The translations under genes and the position numbers were made by a program. From Candidatus Nomurabacteria bacterium (GTDB taxonomy: Bacteria > Patescibacteriota > Saccharimonadia > Saccharimonadales > VXPC01), in contig JACKGQ010000001.1 of assembly GCA_020631905.1 (NCBI GenBank), forward strand, positions 690,165 to 754,164: DNA of 64,000 nt, in the 5' to 3' direction. The notes under the pieces were generated by a model. It was not told the DNA's origin, did not search any database, and saw only the letters and a list, made by a program, of their open reading frames with translations. The stretch's first letter is position 1. Each line of letters starts with the position of its first letter. Of the stretch, positions 1 to 8,799 are shown in pieces.

Positions 1-1986
1 GCTAAAGTAATAACAGACCGCGACCAGTTTGAAGGAATTATCGCTCCACACTTCGTCTTAGAGGTTGAAAAGCGCTTAATTGCCGAATACGGCGAAGAAG
101 TACGCAAACTAGGCTTTAAAGTCTACACAACCCTCGACTTAGACGCGCAAGCACTCGCCCAAAAAAGTGTTGATGCTGCTATACCAATGCTCGAATCTAG
201 AGGCATGGACAACGCCGCTGCCGTGGCGGTAGATGTTGAAACAGGCAAAGTTATTGCTCATGTAGGTAGTCGTGACTTCCGATACCCGGAATTCGGACAG
301 ACAAATACAGTTACTACACCGCGCGATCCAGGTTCGGCATTTAAAATATTCGATTATTCCAGTGTAATCGAGAACACTACTGATTGGGGTGCCGGAAGTA
401 CTTTTTACGACTATCGGACTACCTTTGCTCCTGGTTACACACCAAAGAATTATGACGGTGGACACCGTGGTCCGGTTAGCATGCGATACGCTTTTGGTCA
501 GTCGCTAAATATTCCCGCCATTAAAGCCATGTATATTGCTGGAATCGAAAAAACTCACGACATTGCGTATAAAGCGGGTCTTCGATCTGGCGTAAATTGT
601 GGCGGATATTGTGGCTTAGCGAGTGCTATTGGTAGTGGCGTGGAGCTAAGACTCGACGAAATGGCTAATTCATACGCAACCTTCGGTCGACTCGGCAACT
701 ACCAACCTTTAACGTATATCGACAAGATATACGACAGCAACGATCAGCTAATTTCTGAGTGGACACCTGGGCCTGGAGAAGATGTAATAAATCCCGAAAC
801 AGCATATATCATCAATAATATTTTGTCTGACCCAAGTGTCAGATTTACCCAGGGCTTCAATATTAGTGGGGTCAAAATGGCGATCAAGACTGGAACAACA
901 GATAACTTTAAGAACAACACTGTTTTTGGTTATACGAAAAAAGTAGCCTTTGGCGCGTGGATGGGCCATCATGATGTGACTCGCAGTTTCAACGAGTCGT
1001 ACACAACCGCCATCAAAACCACCATGATTCAAGCCTTTATGAAGGACTTCAATTCAAAATTGCCCGAAGAACAGCGTAACGACTGGGAAAAACCAGAAGG
1101 TGTTAAATACGTTCGTATCGACAGAACTAGCGGCTACCAGTCAGACTCAGGACAGGCTGATCTCTTCCCATCATGGTACGTACCAAAACGCCAAGATAAG
1201 TCTCAGACAGCAGAGATTGACGTAGTTACCGGTTTACGTGCCACCGAATGTACGCCTGACCGCGCACGCCAGGTAGTTAACGGCGGCAATCTACTCGCAG
1301 AACTCCCAGAATCTGACCCAAATTATAGTGCCTGGATGAAACCAATTATTGCCGCACTCGGACCAGTAGTCGGGGGTGAAATTCCTAAAGATGAAGATGA
1401 TCTGCATAACTGCGACGACATTAGACCAAGTATTAGTTTTGTCAGCTCACCGGCCTCGTGTGACGGAAGTTGCGTAATTACTGTCAAAGTCACCAAAGGT
1501 ACGCACCCACTCGATACTGTAAACCTAAAAGTTGATGGTCAAATTATTCCAGGCGGTTCAAAAAATGTTACGAGTAATGGCAATGTCGACTTCTACTATA
1601 CTGTTGCAGTCGATGGTAATAAACGTGTAACAGCCGAGGTTGTCGACAGCGCGTTGTATGACGCTTCGATAGATACGAACATAAATTTCTCAATCAGTGA
1701 GCCAGTACTTTTCGACCCAATTGGCAACGGGGTGAGTTTTACTGGTGGTCCTGGACCAACCTACGAAGTGACCGTCAACTGGTCGAAAGAGAGTTCTAAT
1801 TTAAGCATTCAGTTTAGTGGTGACTGTTCGGGTAATGTCACCCTGCCCAGCGCTGGCACCAGCAGCAGCTTTAATTCTTCTGGAAAAGTAAACATCGGCT
1901 CAGAAGGAAACTATTGTTCGGCCAACCTATACGACGACGGTATTTTGGTTGATCAAGACAACTCGATATATATCCCAGCTACTTAG
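1..1986 (+). CDS. Class A penicillin-binding protein (transpeptidase domain plus C-terminal Ig-like extension); 5'-truncated at the window edge
   Basis: Frame 1 is open from nt 1. The ORF track starts at the internal Met at 187. The transpeptidase motifs SAFK (SxxK), SLN (SxN) and KTGTT (KTG) are present. The C-terminal ~170 aa is beta-rich and S/T/N/G-rich. Confidence 0.85.
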   Translation, partial: AKVITDRDQFEGIIAPHFVLEVEKRLIAEYGEEVRKLGFKVYTTLDLDAQALAQKSVDAAIPMLESRGMDNAAAVAVDVETGKVIAHVGSRDFRYPEFGQTNTVTTPRDPGSAFKIFDYSSVIENTTDWGAGSTFYDYRTTFAPGYTPKNYDGGHRGPVSMRYAFGQSLNIPAIKAMYIAGIEKTHDIAYKAGLRSGVNCGGYCGLASAIGSGVELRLDEMANSYATFGRLGNYQPLTYIDKIYDSNDQLISEWTPGPGEDVINPETAYIINNILSDPSVRFTQGFNISGVKMAIKTGTTDNFKNNTVFGYTKKVAFGAWMGHHDVTRSFNESYTTAIKTTMIQAFMKDFNSKLPEEQRNDWEKPEGVKYVRIDRTSGYQSDSGQADLFPSWYVPKRQDKSQTAEIDVVTGLRATECTPDRARQVVNGGNLLAELPESDPNYSAWMKPIIAALGPVVGGEIPKDEDDLHNCDDIRPSISFVSSPASCDGSCVITVKVTKGTHPLDTVNLKVDGQIIPGGSKNVTSNGNVDFYYTVAVDGNKRVTAEVVDSALYDASIDTNINFSISEPVLFDPIGNGVSFTGGPGPTYEVTVNWSKESSNLSIQFSGDCSGNVTLPSAGTSSSFNSSGKVNIGSEGNYCSANLYDDGILVDQDNSIYIPAT

Positions 1987-3316
1987 GTTTGGTAGATTTA
2001 AGGTGAGTATTTAGTGCCGAACGTAATTCGAGTATCTCACCTCGAACAGGACCGATGATAGTACTAAAACCAAGCTTCTTGGCCTCTTTGTTACGTTTAT
2101 CTGCATATGTCACACTACGTACCTCACCACCCAGACCAACTTCACCATAGACAACCGTATCAGGATTAAGCGCTAAGCCCTTTACCGAACTAGCGATTGC
2201 CATGCATACGGCAAGGTCGGCGGCCGGATCGGTCAAATTTATGCCACTAGCAACGGATACATAGATGTCCGTTTTTGCTAAGGATAATTTCGTTCTTTTT
2301 TCTAGAACAGCCACTAGTAAATTCAGGCGATTTTGATTAATACCAACGGCAGTTCGTTTTGGATACCCAAACTCACTTGGATTTGTAAGTGCCTGTATCT
2401 CTACCAGCAGCGGGCGATTTCCCTCGACTGCCGCAAAAATTACAGATCCATCAACTAATATACGCTCAGCTAGCAATGCCTTCGAAGGATTATCTACAGC
2501 CACCAAACCGATTGGAGACATCTCTAATACGGCAACTTCATCGATGGAACCATAGCGATTCTTATTTGCGCGTAATAACTTAAATCCGGCGAACTTATCT
2601 CCTTCTAGTTGCATGACTACATCAACTATATGCTCAAGTATTTTAGGGCCAGCAATCGAACCTTCTTTTGTTACATGACCAACCAAAATTATACTTGTCT
2701 GAGTTTGTTTGGCTGCCGCGATAAGCATCTGTGCCGAACTAACAATTTGAGACACCCCACCTTGCGAACCAGTAACTGCGTTAGTAGATATAGTTTGGAT
2801 TGAATCGACAACTACTAGTTTATAGTCAGAAGACTTGATTGTGACCGTAATATCATCAGTGCTATTCGTACTGACTATATCGAGTTGATTTTTATCTAGT
2901 TTCAGACGTGCTGCCCGGGCAGCTACCTGATGCTCCGATTCTTCGCCGCTGACATATAACACCTTTGAATCCCTCGATACTCCAGCCGCTAACTGCATTA
3001 ATAGCGTACTTTTACCTATACCTGGTTGACCAGCTAATAGAATCACTGAACCTGCGACGATACCACCGCCAAGCACTTGATCAAGCTCTTCGAACTTTGT
3101 GGTTAACCGAGTAGTTTCGATCTGGGTTTTAGCTTCCGAGAGTTTGCTAACTTGAAGCGTTTTGCCAGACACTTGCTTGCCAGCCAGTACAAGATCAGAC
3201 GTTTCAAGTTTGTCTAAAGTACCCCACTCACCGCAATCAAAACACTTACCGCTCCAAGTACTAGATTGTGAACCACAATTTGTGCAAATATATGTTGTTT
3301 TTGGTTGCCTGGCCAT
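1979..3316 (-). CDS. radA: DNA repair protein RadA/Sms
   Basis: N-terminal C4 zinc ribbon (CTNCGSQSSTWSGKCFDCGEWGT), RecA-like Walker A (GQPGIGKST) and a Lon-like C-terminal domain. Length 445 aa. Confidence 0.93.
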   Translation of the reverse strand: MARQPKTTYICTNCGSQSSTWSGKCFDCGEWGTLDKLETSDLVLAGKQVSGKTLQVSKLSEAKTQIETTRLTTKFEELDQVLGGGIVAGSVILLAGQPGIGKSTLLMQLAAGVSRDSKVLYVSGEESEHQVAARAARLKLDKNQLDIVSTNSTDDITVTIKSSDYKLVVVDSIQTISTNAVTGSQGGVSQIVSSAQMLIAAAKQTQTSIILVGHVTKEGSIAGPKILEHIVDVVMQLEGDKFAGFKLLRANKNRYGSIDEVAVLEMSPIGLVAVDNPSKALLAERILVDGSVIFAAVEGNRPLLVEIQALTNPSEFGYPKRTAVGINQNRLNLLVAVLEKRTKLSLAKTDIYVSVASGINLTDPAADLAVCMAIASSVKGLALNPDTVVYGEVGLGGEVRSVTYADKRNKEAKKLGFSTIIGPVRGEILELRSALNTHLKSTKPK

Positions 3317-4281
3317 TACTTGGTCTCCAGTGATTTATAGTGACTATCTAAACTCTGGGCTAAGTTATTCTGTTGTACACCCAAAAGATTTCGCGCGTTA
3401 ACAATGTCATTATAATCCGAGATTAGTTGTTTTAAATTTTCGACAGCCTGATTATATATCTCTACAAGCCGATTATACTCAGGAACAGAATCGTTATATT
3501 TGCCGTACTCTTCAGATGCATAAAACAGATCAAGTTTTTGGCGTTTCTGATCTAGCACCTCAACCTGGTTTTCTATCGTGGCTTCTACTGATCTAATATT
3601 CAGAGATAGACTAACTAGTTGTTCATCATACTGAGCTATTTGTTTCTCTAGTTTAAGAAACACACCCTCATATCTTTGACTAGCTGCGACAACCTCCGAC
3701 CGATCGACAAAGTATTTAGAATAATAATCTTCCAGAAAGCTTGGCAAGTTCGCAACTTCTGTCCCAATAATTGAGTGTAGCTCATTAAAACGCGCCTCAT
3801 CCGAAAGATCACCATAGCTCTTGATAATTTGTGTGATTCTAGAGTTTACAATATTTGCTTCGGCGACTTTTAGCCAATCGTTTACTGATTGCTTTTCATC
3901 ACCACTGAGCCGAGCATAGGCAGCATGGAGCATTTCATGAGCTGCAGTTATTTGCTTTACATCTGAAAGTTCTGTCGCATCGACATTATATAGATAGATA
4001 TTTGTCCCATTATAGCAACCTAGAACCACCGACTTTTCTTTTTCGGGGCAATGCAGGTTAAATTCATCGGCCGTTAAGAGTTCAGGATGATTTACATAAA
4101 AAAGCTTACGGCCATAATCGTTCAAGCTAGCTTTATCTGCTAAATCAACAATCTCTGATCCAGGCTGGTATCCGCGCAATCTATACCAATCACCTATCTG
4201 ATATCTAAAAACGTAAATAATAAACGACAAAGTCAATGTCGTAATTAAACTAAATACGAATGCCAACCTCTTCATTAACAA
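3316..4281 (-). CDS. Hypothetical membrane-anchored protein with an HExxH motif (HEMLH) and a long C-terminal coiled coil; possible zincin-like metalloprotein
   Basis: N-terminal TM helix (FVFSLITTLTLSFIIYVF), then AAHEMLHAAY, then a heptad-rich C-terminus. No family recognised. Confidence 0.55.
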   Translation of the reverse strand: MLMKRLAFVFSLITTLTLSFIIYVFRYQIGDWYRLRGYQPGSEIVDLADKASLNDYGRKLFYVNHPELLTADEFNLHCPEKEKSVVLGCYNGTNIYLYNVDATELSDVKQITAAHEMLHAAYARLSGDEKQSVNDWLKVAEANIVNSRITQIIKSYGDLSDEARFNELHSIIGTEVANLPSFLEDYYSKYFVDRSEVVAASQRYEGVFLKLEKQIAQYDEQLVSLSLNIRSVEATIENQVEVLDQKRQKLDLFYASEEYGKYNDSVPEYNRLVEIYNQAVENLKQLISDYNDIVNARNLLGVQQNNLAQSLDSHYKSLETK

Positions 4282-4293
4282 ATATATTATACT

Positions 4294-6765
4294 CTATTCT
4301 GAGAGCTTCTCGAGAGTCGGTTTACCTAGCTTAAGGGTAGCTTTTAATACAGAATTCTCTTCGATATTACCTGCCAGTAGACCTTCTGCTATTAAGTCTT
4401 CGAGTTCTTCTTGGATTAAACGTCGCAGTGGTCGCACACCATTTTTGATATCAAACCCTTTGTCTACTAGCCAATGCTTAAGACTGGTAGTTGGTTTAAT
4501 GGCTAGCCTTCTTGCTAGTAGTCTCTGATTTAGGTTGTCTAGTTGAACATTAACTATCCTAGATACGTCTTTCTTTGTGAGTGCCCTGAATACAATGGTT
4601 TTATCAAACCTGTTTAATAACTCAGGTCTCATAAAACGTTTTAGTTCATCTTTAACTTTCGTCTGGTTTAGTTCGTGGAGTTTCTGAGACTCATCTAGTT
4701 CGCTTTTTGAATCAGCCGAGAAACCTAATGATACTTCTTTTTGTAATTTTTCCGCTCCAATATTGCTGGTTAATATGATTACTGTATTACTAAAATCTAC
4801 AACCCGACCCTTAGCATCAGTTAAGCGTCCGTCTTCCAAGATTTGTAATAGCACATTAAAGACATCTGGATGTGCCTTTTCGATTTCGTCGAACAGAACC
4901 AAACTATACGGCTGTCGCCTAATTTTTTCTGTCAATTGACCAGACTCTTCATAACCAACATACCCTGCCGGCGCTCCGACAAGTCTAGCGACCGTATGCC
5001 GCTCGCCAAACTCACTCATATCAATTTTTATCAAGGACTCCTCTCGACCATAAAATTCTTTAGCCAACGCCCTTGCAAGCTCAGTTTTGCCAACTCCGGT
5101 TGGCCCCAAGAACATAAAGCTACCGATTGGTCTACCCGACGAAGCGATACCACTTCGGCTACGACGAATAGCTTTGGCGACTGCTTCGAGTGCTTCAGTC
5201 TGGCCTATCACATGTTTTTCTAATCTTTTCTCGAGGCTTAACAAACTTTTAGCTTCGGACTTGACTACTTGTGAAACCGGAACTTGTGTCCATAAAGAAA
5301 TAACCGCAGCCAGATCATCAGAACTAAGCTGAAGTCGTTTACTTGATGGTTGTTGCCGCCGAGCGACCTGTAATGCCTCTTGGAGGTCTTTTATCTTCTG
5401 TTTGTAGCGAGCGGCCTTTTCGTAATCTTCTGAAGCGGCTGCTTCGTCCATGCGCATCGTCATTAGATGCAGATCTTTTAGTAGCTTGCGCTGTTTCGGA
5501 TCAGATTTACCGCGATCAACGCGAAGATGCGCTGCCGACTCATCTAGCAAGTCGATCGCCTTATCGGGCATGTATCGGTCATTTATATACCGATCACTTA
5601 ATGTAACTGCATCTTGTAAAACCTCATCACTCACGCTTATACCATGATAATCTTCATACTTGTGCTTCAGGCCACGGAGTATCGCCAAAGTTTCTTGCTT
5701 GTTGGTTTCGGGCACCATAATTGGCTGAAAACGTCTTTCAAGTGCAGCATCTTTTTCAATATGTTTTGTGTACTCATCAGTAGTGGTCGCACCAATTACC
5801 TGAATTTTGCCTCGGGCTAAAGCTGGTTTAAGAATATTGCCTGCATCGATGGCACCTTCAGCTGCACCAGCTCCGACAAGCAAATGCAGTTCGTCAATGA
5901 ATGCAATTGTACGGTCATCACTAGTCAACTCTTCTATGACTTTTTTTAATCTTTCTTCGAATTCACCACGATATTTTGTACCAGCGATCATCCCAGGAAG
6001 ATCGAGTAAGACTATTCTCTTGTCCAATAAACTATCAGGTACATCTTCTGTAATTATTTTTTGGGCTAGACCTTCAACGATTGCCGTCTTACCAACACCT
6101 GGCTCACCGATCAAAACTGGATTATTTTTGTTGCGTCGATTTAAGATTGTAATTGCTCGACGTATTTGTGATTCTCGTCCCACTACCGGATCTAGCTCGT
6201 TGGCTCTAGCTTTTGCAGTTAAGTCTGTGCCAAAGATATCTAAAGCAGTTTTTCCTTTTTTACTTTTTGAACTTTGGATTCCAGCCCTTTCGATTGTTTC
6301 AACACCTTGTTTGCCTAATAAACTTTCTACTACACTATTCAGACGATTTAAGTCGACATTCATGTCTTTTAGTAATAAGGACGCCCGTGCGTTTTTTTGA
6401 CTAATAAGACTATACAAGATATGTTCTGTGCCACACATATCTTGGTTAAACTCTTGAGCTATATCCCAACTCATCTTTAAGGTCAGCTTGGCTGTTTCAC
6501 TCAAACCCTTACTGCCAAGATTAATAACTAGTGTCCTAGGCGTTAAGTTAAGCGCCAATCTGGCACGATCATAAGTTACCCCGACATCGGATAGTAACTT
6601 GGCTCCGACCGACCCTCCTTGCCTTAACACACCCAGTAAGATATGTTCTGTACCTACATAAGCAGAACCAAGCTCAGTAGCAATTGCGTCAGCAAATCTC
6701 AAGCTCTTAAGCGCGTTATCGGTGAAGTTATTCAAAAACTCTTCGAAATCTGGATTAAACTGCAT
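4294..6765 (-). CDS. clpC: ATP-dependent Clp protease ATP-binding subunit ClpC (two AAA+ domains)
   Basis: Clp_N repeats, two Walker A motifs (GEPGVGKT, GPTGVGKT) and a UVR-like middle motif. Length 823 aa. Confidence 0.92.
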   Translation of the reverse strand: MQFNPDFEEFLNNFTDNALKSLRFADAIATELGSAYVGTEHILLGVLRQGGSVGAKLLSDVGVTYDRARLALNLTPRTLVINLGSKGLSETAKLTLKMSWDIAQEFNQDMCGTEHILYSLISQKNARASLLLKDMNVDLNRLNSVVESLLGKQGVETIERAGIQSSKSKKGKTALDIFGTDLTAKARANELDPVVGRESQIRRAITILNRRNKNNPVLIGEPGVGKTAIVEGLAQKIITEDVPDSLLDKRIVLLDLPGMIAGTKYRGEFEERLKKVIEELTSDDRTIAFIDELHLLVGAGAAEGAIDAGNILKPALARGKIQVIGATTTDEYTKHIEKDAALERRFQPIMVPETNKQETLAILRGLKHKYEDYHGISVSDEVLQDAVTLSDRYINDRYMPDKAIDLLDESAAHLRVDRGKSDPKQRKLLKDLHLMTMRMDEAAASEDYEKAARYKQKIKDLQEALQVARRQQPSSKRLQLSSDDLAAVISLWTQVPVSQVVKSEAKSLLSLEKRLEKHVIGQTEALEAVAKAIRRSRSGIASSGRPIGSFMFLGPTGVGKTELARALAKEFYGREESLIKIDMSEFGERHTVARLVGAPAGYVGYEESGQLTEKIRRQPYSLVLFDEIEKAHPDVFNVLLQILEDGRLTDAKGRVVDFSNTVIILTSNIGAEKLQKEVSLGFSADSKSELDESQKLHELNQTKVKDELKRFMRPELLNRFDKTIVFRALTKKDVSRIVNVQLDNLNQRLLARRLAIKPTTSLKHWLVDKGFDIKNGVRPLRRLIQEELEDLIAEGLLAGNIEENSVLKATLKLGKPTLEKLSE

Positions 6766-6798
6766 GTATATTTCGTACCCTTATCTATTGGTAGTTCA

Positions 6799-6828
6799 AG
6801 TATAGCTTAATTTAGCACTCATAGTCAA
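6799..6828 (-). promoter_or_regulatory. Putative sigma70-type promoter of clpC (-35 TTGACT, 18-nt spacer, -10 TATACT) overlapping CIRCE
   Basis: Read by eye on the minus strand. The -35 lies inside the CIRCE spacer, a typical arrangement for HrcA repression. Confidence 0.55.
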
Positions 6829-6838
6829 TGAGTGCTAA
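6812..6838 (-). promoter_or_regulatory. CIRCE element (HrcA operator) TTAGCACTC-N9-GAGTGCTAA upstream of clpC
   Basis: Exact match to the CIRCE consensus arms with a 9-nt spacer, 47 nt upstream of the clpC start. Confidence 0.8.
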
Positions 6839-6861
6839 GTAGTTTTATTTTTTCGTTAGTA

Positions 6862-7578
6862 TTAATTTGTTGTTTGGTACCTAAAATTGATAGCCAATGC
6901 AGCTAGTTTGGCTAACTCAGAGTTATCACCAAGATGGTCTAATGCGTAATCGACAGCCTCAGCACCAGGAAATGTCCACCGTGCGTAACCATAAATTGCA
7001 CCAGTAACTCCTAAACCGAGTATGCCCATGTTAGGGTACAAAGACATTAGTGCTATTGAGCCGACTCCAGTTAGTAGTGCAGACCGTTTATCTTGTCTTA
7101 ATTGCTCACGAAGTTCTGGCATTGCCGCCACACCAAACCTCCGATAATATCCCAGATACATGGCTCGAAGTAGTTCAAATCTTACCGCTCCTTGGTAAAT
7201 TTGTTTCGGGCTAACTCTCTCGGTATCCCTATTAGGAGTTAAACCATTAAATAAAGTCATCCCTATAAAACTAGGATTACTAGCTGACTCTAACTGAAAC
7301 CTTAGATCCCAGAACCTACCCCAGAAGTTTGTTAGAATTGTGGGTTTAGAATCTAATGGTTTCTGATTGAATTTTTTTGTTTTACGCTGACTATCATCTA
7401 CGATCCAGAGTGTCTGATCAGCCCGAACCAAGTTCATAGCTTGACCAAGTTTATGTACGTAATATTCATCATACACAACTAGACCGTGGCCGGGAATAAT
7501 TAGTTCAAGCTGTTGACCAGGATGTTCGGGTTGTCCATCTACATAGTCGTACCAACCCGTTCCGGTTCGGCTACTCAT
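6862..7578 (-). CDS. Hypothetical protein with a C-terminal TM region; overlaps the nusA start by 8 nt
   Basis: ORF of 238 aa with no recognisable motif. Probably co-transcribed with nusA. Confidence 0.5.
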   Translation of the reverse strand: MSSRTGTGWYDYVDGQPEHPGQQLELIIPGHGLVVYDEYYVHKLGQAMNLVRADQTLWIVDDSQRKTKKFNQKPLDSKPTILTNFWGRFWDLRFQLESASNPSFIGMTLFNGLTPNRDTERVSPKQIYQGAVRFELLRAMYLGYYRRFGVAAMPELREQLRQDKRSALLTGVGSIALMSLYPNMGILGLGVTGAIYGYARWTFPGAEAVDYALDHLGDNSELAKLAALAINFRYQTTN

Positions 7579-8713
7579 CTGCTTTGGAATTAGACTCCAA
7601 GGCTTCGATCAAACTTTCCTCAAGTTCTTCTTTGCGCTTGAGCTTAGGTGCTTGAGCTTTAGGTACTTCATTCTCATCAATGATGTCTATTTCATAGCCG
7701 GTCAACTTACCAGCTAACCTAACGTTTTGACCAGCACGACCAATCGCTACACTCAGCTGCTCATGAGCCACCACTACCCTGGCTCGTTTATCGCTATCGT
7801 TTAAGGTCACACTCAGAACTTCTGTCGGACTTAGTGCGTTTGTAATATATTCCTTGATTTCACCCGACCAGACAATAATATCGATCTTTTCCTGATCGCC
7901 AATTTCAGAGTTAACTGACTGTACCCGAGTTCCATGACCGCCTACAAAAGTTCCTACTGGATCAATATTTGGCACATTACTAGCGACTGCCAGCTTGGTG
8001 CGAACGCCTGCTTCACGAGCAACATTCTTTATTTCAACAGATCCATTTTCCATTTCTGGAACTTCGGCCGCAAACAACAGCTTAATAAATTCAATTGATC
8101 CACGGCTTAAGACTAGTTGTGGGCCCTTAAAGCCTTTCTCAACGTCTTTTAGATATGCCTTGAGGCGTTGTCCCGGATAATACCGCTCACCTTGAATCTG
8201 TTCACTCTGAGGCATTATGCCCTGAGCCCTACCAAGTTCTAATCGAATAACTTTCGGCTCGACCCGAGTCACGACAGCGTTAACAATTTGGCCGATCTTG
8301 TTCTCGAACTCTGCCATTACAATCTCGCGCTCTGCTTCACGTAGACGTTGAAGGATGACTTGTTTTGCAGTCTGAGCCGCGACTCGACCAAAAGTTTCGG
8401 CTTTGTGGTGTGTTTCTAAAATATCACCAACTTTGGCGTCTTTTTTTCGTTCCTTGGCCTCGGCAAGAGTTATTTGATTGACTTCATCTTCAACTTCGTC
8501 GACTACTTCTGTAATTTCATAAACGTCAACCTCTCCAGTATTTAAGTTTATGCTAGCACGCACATTCTGATCGCGAACTCCGTAGTCGCGTCGCCATGCT
8601 GCGGCTAATGCTTGTTCTACAGCATCTTGAACTACCTCTTCGGGTAGATTTTTTTCTTCGGCAAGCGTGTGCAGTGCAAGTACCATTTGTTTAACATCTA
8701 AGTTCATTTTCAC
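7571..8713 (-). CDS. nusA: Transcription termination/antitermination factor NusA
   Basis: NusA N-terminal domain, an S1 domain and two KH domains (IGRAGQNVRLA). RBS GAGGTGA 4 nt upstream of ATG. Confidence 0.92.
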   Translation of the reverse strand: MKMNLDVKQMVLALHTLAEEKNLPEEVVQDAVEQALAAAWRRDYGVRDQNVRASINLNTGEVDVYEITEVVDEVEDEVNQITLAEAKERKKDAKVGDILETHHKAETFGRVAAQTAKQVILQRLREAEREIVMAEFENKIGQIVNAVVTRVEPKVIRLELGRAQGIMPQSEQIQGERYYPGQRLKAYLKDVEKGFKGPQLVLSRGSIEFIKLLFAAEVPEMENGSVEIKNVAREAGVRTKLAVASNVPNIDPVGTFVGGHGTRVQSVNSEIGDQEKIDIIVWSGEIKEYITNALSPTEVLSVTLNDSDKRARVVVAHEQLSVAIGRAGQNVRLAGKLTGYEIDIIDENEVPKAQAPKLKRKEELEESLIEALESNSKADE

Positions 8714-8727
8714 CTCATCTTTGATTA

Positions 8728-8752
8728 AAAAACCCGGGCCAATCGGTCCGGT
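8728..8752 (-). terminator. Intrinsic-terminator-like hairpin plus U-run inside the nusA 5' leader (candidate attenuator)
   Basis: On the minus strand: CCGGACC-GAUU-GGCCCGG followed by UUUUUU, immediately upstream of the nusA RBS and downstream of the predicted promoter. Confidence 0.5.
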
Positions 8753-8764
8753 TCTGATGAGCGT

Positions 8765-8793
8765 ATTTTAGCAAATATGCTATCCTTTGTAAA
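8765..8793 (-). promoter_or_regulatory. Putative nusA promoter (-35 TTTACA, 17-nt spacer, -10 TAAAAT)
   Basis: Read on the minus strand, in the divergent intergenic region between nusA and the M13 peptidase gene. Confidence 0.5.
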
Positions 8794-8799
8794 TCCTAT

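Noticed and set aside
5807-6400. 197-aa plus-strand ORF, along with other 60-117 aa ORFs, antisense within clpC
   Set aside because: They are embedded in a well-supported conserved gene (clpC), with low-complexity S/P/A-rich translation typical of antisense frames.
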